Source: a virus
Taxonomy: Duplodnaviria > Caudoviricetes
IMG/VR virus record: IMGVR_UViG_3300025000_000104
Span: 1 to 61,834 of that record
DNA: 61,834 bases
Direction: 5' to 3' (one strand)
Shown: one piece after another, positions 50,901-59,163 of the stretch
Numbering within the stretch: position 1 is the first letter of the stretch
Layout: each line of letters begins with the position of its first letter
Notes under the pieces: generated by a model
Told to the model about the DNA's origin: nothing
What the model saw: only the letters and a program-made list of their open reading frames with translations
Databases searched by the model: none
Position numbers and translations under genes: made by a program

Positions 50901-52967
50901 TTGGGGAAAATCAAATCTAATTTTGAGGCTTCAAAGTCCGCGCAGCTCTCAATAAAACAATTAGTCAAAGAGAGATTCGAAGCTGAATATGAAGGATTTG
51001 ACAAAGCTCAGGAAAAAGCCGAAGCTCAAGTTTCATATTTGCAAAAAACCTTAGAATATCAAAAATTAATTGGAGCAAGTATTGAAGATCAATTAGCAAC
51101 TGAGCAAGCGATTCAAGAAGAAAATCAAACTAAAGTAGATTCTCTTCAAGCTGAAAAAACACAATTAGAAACAGATTTGGCTGAAGCTGAAGCAAGTGTA
51201 AAAGCAGATTTAGCAAAAGTTGATCCTAATTATACTGATGCTGATTTAGCAAATGCATTAGCAAATTCACAAGAGTTTAATCAAGCATCTGATAAACTTG
51301 ATGAGGTAAATGGTAAAATTATTGATGCTAATATTACAATTAAGCAAACTGCACAAGAGATTGAAAAAATTAAATTTGATAAATTGGTAAAACCATTTGA
51401 TGACGCAATATCTCGTCTAGAAGTTTTATTAAAGTTATTAGATGAAACTGATTTTGCAGGAAGCATTGAAAATATAGAATCTCAAATGGCAGAAACGGCT
51501 TCTAAAATTGAAACAATTAAACAACAAATTGCTACTGAGATGGCTAGGACAGATATTACCGCAGGCGAAAAAGCAACAAATGTAGCAAAGTATACAACAG
51601 ACCTTGAGAATGCAGAACTTGCAATGAAAGGTTTAATAGATGCTGAGAAGGATTTTCAAAATAAAGCTCTTGCTCAAACTTTTAAAACTCAATATGAAGC
51701 AATTGAAAAGACTTTATTTAATGGAAGTACTGAGCAAGAAGCACAAGACGCATTAAATCAGAGAATTAAGTTGCAAGAAAAATATCTTTCAGGTGCTGAG
51801 AAAGACTTAGAGATTAGCAAAATTAGAACTCAAATCCAATCTGAAGGATTAACTCTAACTGCTGAACAAACTGCATTATTAAATACTCAAGGTGACATTG
51901 AAAAATCTTCTATTGAACGATTGCAAAAACAACTTGATATTCAACAATTGCAATTAAAAGTAAAAAATCTAATGGAAAATGAATCCATACAACAATTAAC
52001 AAAAAATGCAGATGGGACATGGGATTTTGCTTATGTTGCAGACCAAGAAGCAATTGCATCAGCACAAGAAGAATTAGCGAATAGTCAAGTTGATTTGATT
52101 AATTGGGAACAAGATGAAATTAATGAAGCAGATCAAGAGAAACTTGATGAAAAGTCTAAGTATTTAGCAAGAGTTAAAACCATAATGGATAGAGCTTTAA
52201 ATGGTGAATATGCTAGTTTCGAAGATTTTCAAAGAGATATGACTAATTTAAATAGAGAATATATGGGTAATATGGACTTAATAAATTCGACTGAATGGAA
52301 TAATATTTTTACTTCCACTCAGACTAATTTAGATAGTATTGAATCTGCGTATTCTACTTATGTTACTAATTTAGAAGCATTAGCAGTTAGAGCCGAACAA
52401 GCATTACAGGAGATTCTTAATGCGCAAGCTGCTGCACAGGCTGCAAATGAAGCCGCAGAGAATGAAACTGCAACAACTCCAACTACACCAGAAACAACTA
52501 CACCAGAAACTCCAACGACAACTACTACAACAACTACTATTGAATTAGAAAGAGATCCAAATGGGCCAAGTACTAAGGTTGTTAAAGTTAAAACTGGTTC
52601 ATATGCTGAAGGTGGGGAGACTCAGAAAACTGGATGGCACTTTTTGGACGGAAAAACTGGTTCTCCTGAAAGAGTTTTGACATCAGAACAGACAGCGTCA
52701 TTTAATAGATTAGTTGATATGTTACCAACTCTTGATATTACTAAGATAATGAATGATTCTGTTTTAAAAATTAGGAATATGGCAGACATATTTAAACCAG
52801 TTGACCTTGTTAGAAATATTAGTGGTCTTTTGAAGCAAACCCCTCAAGTCACTCAACAAATATTTAATATTGACAAATTAGAATTTCCAAATATAAAAGA
52901 CGGTAGTAACGTGGAAAGTCTAATTAATGGGTTAACCTCATATGCGATTCAGTATTCTAAAAAATAG
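44955..52967 (+). CDS. Tail tape measure protein (2670 aa)
   Basis: TP901-type core (LDKAMTNI...VVDKLTTVDN...IGESFKTIFSR...LAGTRQRE), hydrophobic segments, long coiled coils. Confidence 0.93.
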   Translation: MSENIGINLQAGLNVSQSTIIIKQQVQKVQDLLKPLNIKINSDTLVKEFDKVSTSIKVATDGTSRIQKNIINIATEEGKLVQITQAYNKEINAMAVSGIKIVDNLKAQANEAKKVTEAVKKSQQTISDTARKMSVDEENKRISTVTEAQKRIEQRILGSNQTISEQQKRMNSVNANNYEQVWLKAFQRVEAEELRLANMMGRMNEQSQARVSSQNNRSDLAQNTAINNASDSAYVQAQRDEQSRLRARQEASDTARRMMADEENQRVATTTNAQRRIEQAILGSNETITQQQARMNSSQANGYRYEQMFLQASRERGALDTRNAELESQRLIASTRNLQAERQQTAELQRQVALYQEQNAIQLRNLQSQYGSLARTPEIQSQISAIRGTVGGLSSSVLDANGFRTQSAQINTAISGIRASLNEARTASDNFGNDLVKNGIKMLQWGVIGGILFGTLRQIKEGFSFINDLDKAMTNISMITGESRNSIVEMTKAYADLATQLHTTTGEAMKSAEEFLRAGHNQEETLKLIQSATVMGAIAGQDSKSSADQLIAITNGFKMSADQAIDVVDKLTTVDNMSATSTKELGTALERTSVSAQMAGTSFSELVSYIGTVSSISRKSASSIGESFKTIFSRFQDVRGGKNFDAENQDISNVERDFKKYADISIRETSGEFKDFSIVINELSSKWNTLSEVAQSAASKALAGTRQRENFLILMNNMDTALKLQSAQLDSSGSSMTRYGEFAKSTEAKLNDLTNAVQKIWLNLLSSEAINSAIEGMTKFVGVIDNATSIFGGFNTALYLVIATLSIFKGQAIAGAIAALGKFALANGIAATATKGFAVALEFLNANPIILALTAVAAITAGLVHYANQQAKVKEQLEATVVAQESFNSILKDFQNTLDPKKIDELSTSLEKLKQSSNYDETIKKIQTLKDEIAGLQESEVEQGADWTKTIASKTKEIETLTASIKPYTDAQSKYNEQQKIATALDYESVQAGNKKIALKIRENESNRQLIDSYQKVHDKIAQGNELTQEESNLNQKMIDKYPEYTKVLNDKTTAVGLDIDALKLNQTAEEALAIVSFNAMKTKAESSALATKQIIADTEARIRAIQAEIDALQGKNEAMGSANANIQYQKLLEQGSAQTFMEFKNGTIFNDTITPKLKIDLSSAWKQLQTAKQTLGAWNTLSNMSIDDLKKGVSDSSGNSFDPPSSDKDKDKKELSIESITQALLDQIEAEHLLTKTQSDKISKELEQAKSAKDYTLILEKQNELISNQAKELSQLQSARDKINSLKDSALSSSKFGDINRWYTGQDNKESVTFVQEKNAQSEEVRKAMDEEFKSSQILRNGWMSVTKAIEENIEKSREFAKQSREDLIKSLEEQSSLLSSKETTSLESSFKNLDIESWIKKNVSTTKTWAETISELQEELAKLGNPTTLEGQKKFNELMVQSAKLAADAKKAQDEYAKSVDKMRQEKLFESTDANLQAIMDEIDSIDQQQQLSKGGISSAVPKIDMEIIPRIDYKSVEEAIEEIPKPNEDLYSYKPPLSFVEFINNEFTNAVSLANNNISQLKSKITALGAVTPENKDQILSYYQQIQNQVQILADVAKNAQDSLKLKLDSGEISQDDFNNKMQAIQTASIEVLAIPKIEITAEATQGIQTLQDQMKDIVVDADTKLADDKLLALISKQYETIITINADDIAATQSILMLQQPTSSIHTIYVQTVEGEKPEGYAKGTKNHPGGLAYVDDELGGKRELIVLPNGSIMLGDNSGPKLVNLPKGTEVIPNDETERILKSNNGKIPAYADGTGSHITDIDFLNDSLEEFAQSISDVSKEIAKTTKIVAKDNTAVEKSDKKIAGYEKTLSKYLNEDGSYKDKYVGSRSAERAVDRTQKNIDKETIKNEQLVTKAESDQAILDGQKASKTDFTQKLIATQKALANLNSAQYIEQKIDLYQEAITVASANIDELYDSIAKYKNDDGTYEDNETTREVLGKIKSNFEASKSAQLSIKQLVKERFEAEYEGFDKAQEKAEAQVSYLQKTLEYQKLIGASIEDQLATEQAIQEENQTKVDSLQAEKTQLETDLAEAEASVKADLAKVDPNYTDADLANALANSQEFNQASDKLDEVNGKIIDANITIKQTAQEIEKIKFDKLVKPFDDAISRLEVLLKLLDETDFAGSIENIESQMAETASKIETIKQQIATEMARTDITAGEKATNVAKYTTDLENAELAMKGLIDAEKDFQNKALAQTFKTQYEAIEKTLFNGSTEQEAQDALNQRIKLQEKYLSGAEKDLEISKIRTQIQSEGLTLTAEQTALLNTQGDIEKSSIERLQKQLDIQQLQLKVKNLMENESIQQLTKNADGTWDFAYVADQEAIASAQEELANSQVDLINWEQDEINEADQEKLDEKSKYLARVKTIMDRALNGEYASFEDFQRDMTNLNREYMGNMDLINSTEWNNIFTSTQTNLDSIESAYSTYVTNLEALAVRAEQALQEILNAQAAAQAANEAAENETATTPTTPETTTPETPTTTTTTTTIELERDPNGPSTKVVKVKTGSYAEGGETQKTGWHFLDGKTGSPERVLTSEQTASFNRLVDMLPTLDITKIMNDSVLKIRNMADIFKPVDLVRNISGLLKQTPQVTQQIFNIDKLEFPNIKDGSNVESLINGLTSYAIQYSKK

Positions 52968-53031
52968 TTAAAATGAAAGAGTATGTGAAAACCATACTCT
53001 TTTGTGTACATAAATAAAGCATACAAATTTT

Positions 53032-53134
53032 AGCAAGCAGATGGAGATTGCAACTCCACTTTCCTCATTCACTCCGAGGAATTCTGCTTGCTTTTTATAT
53101 TGTCAAAAAATGGAGTGAAACTATGAAGGAGTGA
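53032..53134 (+). ncRNA. Antisense-loop leader RNA H with two targets
   Basis: AGCAAGCAGA-[TGGAG-ATTGCAA-CTCCA]-CT-[TTCCTC-ATTCACTCC-GAGGAA]-T-TCTGCTTGCT-TTTT; loop complementary to GGAGTGAA 53112-53119 and GGAGTGA 53128-53134 (SD). Confidence 0.8.
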
Positions 53135-53139
53135 TGATT

Positions 53140-54507
53140 ATGTTGCTAACAAAAACCGTAATGGTAAAATGGAATCCTGCAAATGCAGAATATTATAAAG
53201 AGAAAGGATACACTTTTACAAAATGGAGAGATGGATTTGAGGTAAAAATTGAAGATTTATCTAAAGGTTCTCATGCAAAAATAGATATATTATGTGATTA
53301 TTGTAACCTTAATATAATTACTAGAGAATATAAAGACTATCTAACTAAAAAGAAAAATTCAGCAATACAAAAAGACTGCTGTTTAGATTGTAAATCGTTA
53401 AAAACAAAAGAAAGCAATCTAATGAATTATAATGTTGAATCTGTTTTAAATATCCCAGAAGTTAAATATAAAATTAGCAAAACTCGGAAACAAACGAGTA
53501 ATGATGTTGTATTAAGTAAGGCAATACAAGATAAAAGAAAAGCAACAAATAGAGCAAGATTTGGAGTTGATCATCCATCTCAAAATGAAGAAATTAATCA
53601 GAAAATGAAACAGACTAATTTAGATAGGTATGGTTTTGAAAATGTTTTTCAAAATGAAGAAATCAAAGAAAAAAGTCGTAATACAAATATGTTAAGGTAT
53701 GGATTTGAATATCCTATGCAAAACAAAGAAGTTAGAGAAAAAGGTATCTCTACAAATCAAAAAATATATGGTGTGGACAATTATACTCAAACCGAGGAAT
53801 ATAAAATAAGATCAGTTGCTATTTCTTTAGAGCACTGGGGCACTAAACACCCTATGCAGAATGAAGAAGTGAAAGCAAGAGTAACAAACACAATGTTGAA
53901 AAATTGGGGAGTAGAAAATTCTATGCAAAATGAAGAATTGAGAAATAAAGCTTTTACTACCAATATTGAAAGATATGGATTTAAATGTTCTTTGCAAAAC
54001 GAGGAAGTTAGAGCAAAAGCTATAATGACAATGTTTTTATCTGATACTTGCCCAACTTCTAAACAGCAAAGATATGTTTACGAAGTAATTAAAAAACAAG
54101 AAATAGATGTAGTGTTGAATTACCCTGTTGGTTCATGTAGTTTAGATATGGCATTCCCTAATAAAATGGTGTTTATAGAGTGGGATGGCGGTGGACATGA
54201 TTTAGATGTAAAATTAGGTAGTATGTCTAAGGAAGAATTTGATGCAAAAGAAAGAAGACGATACTATTACCTTAATAAATTAGGTTGGAAAAGTATTAGA
54301 ATTATTAGTAAAAAAGATGTAGTTCCTACTGAAGATAAAATATTAGAAATACTAAATCATGCAGAATTAACATTTAAAGAAGGACATTCGTGGATTACTT
54401 TTGATATTGATGATAACACTGCAACTAATCGTAATGGGTTTATACTTTATGATTTTGGAGAATTAAAAAGAGTTAAAACTGAACAAGTATTAAATAAAAT
54501 AATTTAA
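53140..54507 (+). CDS. Putative homing endonuclease, paralog of 6323-7519
   Basis: MLLTKTV..KW...VKIEDL...CDYC; repeats (R/K)YG....QNEE; SLDMAF...FIEWDGGGH. Confidence 0.7.
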   Translation: MLLTKTVMVKWNPANAEYYKEKGYTFTKWRDGFEVKIEDLSKGSHAKIDILCDYCNLNIITREYKDYLTKKKNSAIQKDCCLDCKSLKTKESNLMNYNVESVLNIPEVKYKISKTRKQTSNDVVLSKAIQDKRKATNRARFGVDHPSQNEEINQKMKQTNLDRYGFENVFQNEEIKEKSRNTNMLRYGFEYPMQNKEVREKGISTNQKIYGVDNYTQTEEYKIRSVAISLEHWGTKHPMQNEEVKARVTNTMLKNWGVENSMQNEELRNKAFTTNIERYGFKCSLQNEEVRAKAIMTMFLSDTCPTSKQQRYVYEVIKKQEIDVVLNYPVGSCSLDMAFPNKMVFIEWDGGGHDLDVKLGSMSKEEFDAKERRRYYYLNKLGWKSIRIISKKDVVPTEDKILEILNHAELTFKEGHSWITFDIDDNTATNRNGFILYDFGELKRVKTEQVLNKII

Positions 54508-54565
54508 AGCTATGCGTTACAGTATTCAAAGAAATAAAAGTACAATTTATATGGTTTGTGTTTTA

Positions 54566-54600
54566 AAGAGTTGGAGGATTAATTTCTTCTAACTCTTTTT
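54566..54600 (+). terminator. Intrinsic terminator
   Basis: AAGAGTTGGAGGA...TCTTCTAACTCTTTTT. Confidence 0.7.
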
Positions 54601-54698
54601 GATAAATTAAAGATATTAGATTTGAAAGGAGATGATTATTTTTAATTTAGAAATAGCAATACGAAAACAATATAAATAATAATTTAAGGAGGATTAAA

Positions 54699-56324
54699 AT
54701 GGGACGCATTTCTCAAAATGAGTTAAATGATGCTGTTAATACACAGCTTAATAAAACTTCCGACATAGGAGATAAAACACAATTACAAACTACAAATAAG
54801 ACAGATTTGGTTAGTGCTACAAATGAAGTCGTAGCAACGCTTACGGGGCATTTGGCGGATTATATCTATCAGACACCTACAATTGTAGGTACGCAAATCC
54901 AGATCACTAAGCAATCTGATACGACACGATTATACTTTAAACTTGATGCTGATTTAACAGGTGGGGCAATAACAATATCTCTTGATGGCGGTACAAGTAA
55001 TTTACCACTTAAGGATATCGACGGCAACGCATTAACGGAACTTTCAAAAGGCTATGTGGAGGTAGTAGATAACACAACTTTTTTTACTTTGCGCCCTAGA
55101 GGCGCTAGTTTAAAAGGTGTTACTAAAAATACTTTCACGATTGAAAATGGAGTAACGATTCAAAAGGATTACCCTGTTTCATTATCTCCAACAGGAACAC
55201 TAGTTAATTTATTGAAAAATAATATTTTTGCAAGTGGGGATTCTACTGTTATTGAGTCTTATGTGGCATATGCGCTAAAGATAGCCAAGATAGATGCTAC
55301 ACATTTTTTGTTAATTACTTCTGATAATGCTAATACAAAATGCTGGGCAACAATCATAACATTAACTGCTAGTGGATATACGGTTGGAATAAAATATCAA
55401 ATACTAAGCCAGTTTACCAACGATATGTCAGTGATAGTAATGCTAACACCATCCAAGGCTATATTTGCTTATAGGGATTCTAATTTATATGTTGCATCAT
55501 TGGATGTTAATGTTTCTACTGGCGTTGTGTCTTTGGATGTTAATCACATTCTGTATGCCTCAAATACCTCTCCTTCTGGTATTACCCGAGTTTCTAATAC
55601 AAAAGCAATAGTAGGGTATGATTCTAGTGCAATAGCAATCGAAATAACATCTGGAAGTATTGTGCATGGGACAGCCTTAGCCTCTGGTTATACCGTCAAT
55701 AGTTCTTTTATGGGCAGGGTTGATGACACACATTGTTTTTGGGTATTGCGTAACAGTACTATCATGACACTTTCACTTATTTTGACAGTTGATGCAAGCA
55801 ATAATTTAGCTAAGAGTTCTGGATTTACGATTGTTAGTGGACAAAATAGCCTTTTAGCAATGGCTAATTTGAGTGATTCCAAAAAAGTAGTGTTTAACAA
55901 TAACACTGCTACTATGACGGGAACAGCGGGGACAGTTATTGATATTGATGGTTCTTATGTAATGGCTAAAGGCACTTTTGCAACGATTGATGCTGATACA
56001 GTTTTGTATTCAGGGGTTCCAAACTTAGATAATTCAGAAAATGTTTATCTTTTTCAGGATAGTTCAAGCCCTGCAATATTCACCTCTGTCTATGCTGTTG
56101 GTACTAAGATATATATTGGAACTGCTAAAATGCCTTTTGCTCCTACAAATATATTGAATGCTAGTTATAGTTATTATATTTTGGGAAACTTATTAATATT
56201 TGCATACAAAGACCCATCTACAAGTTATCCAAGATTAATTATTGTGAATTTAATCGGTAATGCTTGTGGAGTAGCTTTGCAAAGTGGTATTGGTGGGGAT
56301 ACCATCAATATAAATCAATTTTAG
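54699..56324 (+). CDS. Tail fibre/receptor-binding protein
   Basis: IGDKTQLQTTNKTDLVSATNE fibre N-terminus, HLADY junction, beta-rich repeats; followed by chaperone-like small genes. Confidence 0.7.
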   Translation: MGRISQNELNDAVNTQLNKTSDIGDKTQLQTTNKTDLVSATNEVVATLTGHLADYIYQTPTIVGTQIQITKQSDTTRLYFKLDADLTGGAITISLDGGTSNLPLKDIDGNALTELSKGYVEVVDNTTFFTLRPRGASLKGVTKNTFTIENGVTIQKDYPVSLSPTGTLVNLLKNNIFASGDSTVIESYVAYALKIAKIDATHFLLITSDNANTKCWATIITLTASGYTVGIKYQILSQFTNDMSVIVMLTPSKAIFAYRDSNLYVASLDVNVSTGVVSLDVNHILYASNTSPSGITRVSNTKAIVGYDSSAIAIEITSGSIVHGTALASGYTVNSSFMGRVDDTHCFWVLRNSTIMTLSLILTVDASNNLAKSSGFTIVSGQNSLLAMANLSDSKKVVFNNNTATMTGTAGTVIDIDGSYVMAKGTFATIDADTVLYSGVPNLDNSENVYLFQDSSSPAIFTSVYAVGTKIYIGTAKMPFAPTNILNASYSYYILGNLLIFAYKDPSTSYPRLIIVNLIGNACGVALQSGIGGDTININQF

Positions 56325-56339
56325 AAAGGAAAATGGTAA

Positions 56340-56669
56340 ATGAAAGTATTAACTAATAAAATCACTAATGAAATTTTAGTTATTGGGCAAAAAGCAGATA
56401 TAGTTTCTAATGGTATTGATTTAGGTGGAACTATATTGGGGATTGCAGTTAATGACGGTGTATTTGTAGAAGATTTACCTAATATCATTGATGTTGAAGT
56501 CGTCCCCGATGAGGTAATTCCACATAAGTATTGCTACACTGTTGCACATGGATTTGTCTTGAATCAAAATTACTCTATTCCTGAAAGCGAGCAAATATCA
56601 GCCTTAAAGAGGCAAGTAAGCCTTATGCAAACAGCTCTCGACGAACTAATCCTCGGAGGTGCATTTTAA
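56340..56669 (+). CDS. Tail fibre assembly-like protein
   Basis: VPDEVIPHKYCY...GFVLN; C-terminal MQTALDELILGG. Confidence 0.6.
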   Translation: MKVLTNKITNEILVIGQKADIVSNGIDLGGTILGIAVNDGVFVEDLPNIIDVEVVPDEVIPHKYCYTVAHGFVLNQNYSIPESEQISALKRQVSLMQTALDELILGGAF

Positions 56670-56809
56670 TGGCGGCGTATATGGGGCAAAGAATTATTGA
56701 TGGTGTATACACTTATGATTATGTCATTGGGAAACGTTCTGATCTAAAGGTTGGCATTGATGCCTACTTAACCGAAAAAGGCAGGCAAGATTTAATTACT
56801 GCTGCGTAG
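56669..56809 (+). CDS. 46-aa small fibre-associated protein (XkdX-like position; missed by ORF track)
   Basis: TAATG overlap with the upstream stop, SD GGAGGT; MAAYMGQRIIDGVYTYDYVIGKRSDLKVGIDAYLTEKGRQDLITAA. Confidence 0.7.
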   Translation: MAAYMGQRIIDGVYTYDYVIGKRSDLKVGIDAYLTEKGRQDLITAA

Positions 56810-56940
56810 TAGACTCATTATGTCTAGTAACACAATTTAAATAAAAATAAAAAAGAGAAGATAATTATGAGTTATCTTCTCTAATATCATAAATATAAAA
56901 TCCCAAAATAATAATCCCAAAATAAAGGACTGATAAATAA

Positions 56941-57204
56941 ATGTCACATGAAAAAGAAATTTTAATGGAATCTATTGATATATTAATTGCCGAAAGATTA
57001 AGGAAATTAAGGTTTGTTCGTCTTCTAACGGGAGTAATAATCGCAGTTATTGACCCTGTAAATTATACTGTTCTAATAGATGATTCAGAAACTAGCGCAA
57101 AGGCAACAAATGGTATTACATATTTAGTTAACGATGTTGTAGAGATTCTAGCAGAAAATAATAATTTACAAAATAAGAGAATTCTTTGGAAACGTCCATC
57201 ATAA
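56941..57204 (+). CDS. Small baseplate-module protein
   Basis: OB-fold-like pattern; synteny. Confidence 0.55.
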   Translation: MSHEKEILMESIDILIAERLRKLRFVRLLTGVIIAVIDPVNYTVLIDDSETSAKATNGITYLVNDVVEILAENNNLQNKRILWKRPS

Positions 57205-57220
57205 AGGCAGGTGAAAATAA

Positions 57221-58258
57221 TTGGCATTGATACCTACATTGAGAAAAGTAACTCCTTTTCCCTCAACTATAGCTTATACTTTTCAATTTGATGTTTCAGG
57301 AATTAGCACACAAATTGTATATAATGAATTAGAAATAACGTTAAGTTCAGATACATCAACAATAATATATCAGCAAAGGATACAAGAATTTAGATATCAA
57401 CATATATTACCATTAAATACTTTAATCAATGGTAATCAATATGTAGCAAAAATACGTGTTTATGATATTAATAATCTGAATCCATTAGGTGAGTCTTCTT
57501 CTTTATTTTTTTATTGTTTTAGTTATCCTAATTTAACAATACCAACTATTGTAAACGGAGAAGTAAATAATCAAACCGTAACTTTTGAAGGAACGTATAC
57601 TCAAGCAGAAGAGGAATCATTACAAAGTTACATATTTTATTTATATGATAGTAGTCAATATCTTATTGCTCAATCCCCAGAAATCTATAGTGAAACAATT
57701 TCTTATGAATTCACCGAATTAGAGAATTCCGAAACATATTATATAGAATTAAAAATAGTTACAGATAATGAAATGCAATACTCTACAGGTTTAATAGAAT
57801 TTGTTCCAAGATATATTTCGCCTAGATTTGCCAGTGCTATTGAATTAGAAAATTCACCATCAGATGCTAGTGTTTTTGTAAAATGTAACGTGATAAGAAT
57901 TATTGGTACAACTGGTGTTGCCCCTGTTTATATAGATGATAATATGATTGATTTAACCAATGATGTCGCAACATTTAGTCAAGGATTTTCTGTAAAAGGT
58001 GATTTTGATTTACGAGTATGGGCAAAAAATATTATTGAAAACGAAGTATTTTTGACTATAAAATCTTTGAATAACGATAGATTAGAGTTAAAGTTAATTG
58101 AGAATAAAGTCTATCTATATAAATATTTAGGTGATACTTACATATTACAAAAATTAATCAGCGATGTGTTAATAGGCATTGCGGGAAATATATTGTTTAT
58201 AAATGTAAAACATTCAAATAATTTATATGATTTATACTGTGAGGTGATTGTACTATGA
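57221..58258 (+). CDS. Baseplate/tail protein with FN3-like domains
   Basis: LINGNQYVAKIRV and LENSETYYIELKI FN3-like strands. Confidence 0.6.
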   Translation: MALIPTLRKVTPFPSTIAYTFQFDVSGISTQIVYNELEITLSSDTSTIIYQQRIQEFRYQHILPLNTLINGNQYVAKIRVYDINNLNPLGESSSLFFYCFSYPNLTIPTIVNGEVNNQTVTFEGTYTQAEEESLQSYIFYLYDSSQYLIAQSPEIYSETISYEFTELENSETYYIELKIVTDNEMQYSTGLIEFVPRYISPRFASAIELENSPSDASVFVKCNVIRIIGTTGVAPVYIDDNMIDLTNDVATFSQGFSVKGDFDLRVWAKNIIENEVFLTIKSLNNDRLELKLIENKVYLYKYLGDTYILQKLISDVLIGIAGNILFINVKHSNNLYDLYCEVIVL

Positions 58259-59163
58259 TAATTTTAGATTATAAACCCTTTGCTACTAATTCTGAATATA
58301 ATATAGTTTTAAATGAGGTCACTAGGTTTAATTCTATCATAGCTAAAAAAGCAATATTTGATGAAATTCATATAATTGAAAATATAACTACACCCATCAC
58401 AACTGATAAATTACAATGGCAATATGATACTGTCTTTTTATGGATGTGTAATTCTATGGAGGCTGGAAATCTCTCATTATCGGGGGAAATTCCCATTAAC
58501 AATTTAAAAATTAGACGAAGAAAAAAAGATGATTTGGTTTTTGAAGATATTAAGATTTTTGATTTTGACATAAATGAGCAAACATATGAATTTAAAGATC
58601 GCTATGTCGAAAGCTTAGAGGATTATGTATATGCCATTCAACCTATGGGTGGTTCTACAGAAAATCCAATCTTAGGTGAGAATACTATAGCAGAAGTATA
58701 TTGTGAATTTGAATCAACATGGATTATTGGTAAAGATAAACAATATAAATTGATGTATGATTTATCTGTTGGTGATTATGAAACAGTAATTCCTAGTGGA
58801 TTAATTGAGACTGTTGGTAGGCAATATCCATTCATAACAAAGAATGGTAATATTAAATACAAAAAGGGTAGTTTAAAGTGTAAACTTATATCTGACGCAA
58901 CGATACTTGCAGGAAGTACAAATGCAAAAGAAGAGAAAAAATATAGAAGAGCAATTGAGAAATTTCTTACTGATAACAAACCAAAGCTATACAAAGATGG
59001 TTCAGGACAAATGATGTTAATTTCTTTAGTAGATGCTCCAACTTTAACCCCGAACAACGATTTAAATCAATTAATTTATGATATTAGCATTAATTTTGTT
59101 GAAATTGCAAATGTAGATACACAATCATTGATAAACAATGGATTGTTGGTGTTGAATCAATGA
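58255..59163 (+). CDS. Distal tail/baseplate protein
   Basis: Overlapping operon; QYPFITKNG..KYKKG, FLTDNKPKLYKD. Confidence 0.6.
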   Translation: MIILDYKPFATNSEYNIVLNEVTRFNSIIAKKAIFDEIHIIENITTPITTDKLQWQYDTVFLWMCNSMEAGNLSLSGEIPINNLKIRRRKKDDLVFEDIKIFDFDINEQTYEFKDRYVESLEDYVYAIQPMGGSTENPILGENTIAEVYCEFESTWIIGKDKQYKLMYDLSVGDYETVIPSGLIETVGRQYPFITKNGNIKYKKGSLKCKLISDATILAGSTNAKEEKKYRRAIEKFLTDNKPKLYKDGSGQMMLISLVDAPTLTPNNDLNQLIYDISINFVEIANVDTQSLINNGLLVLNQ

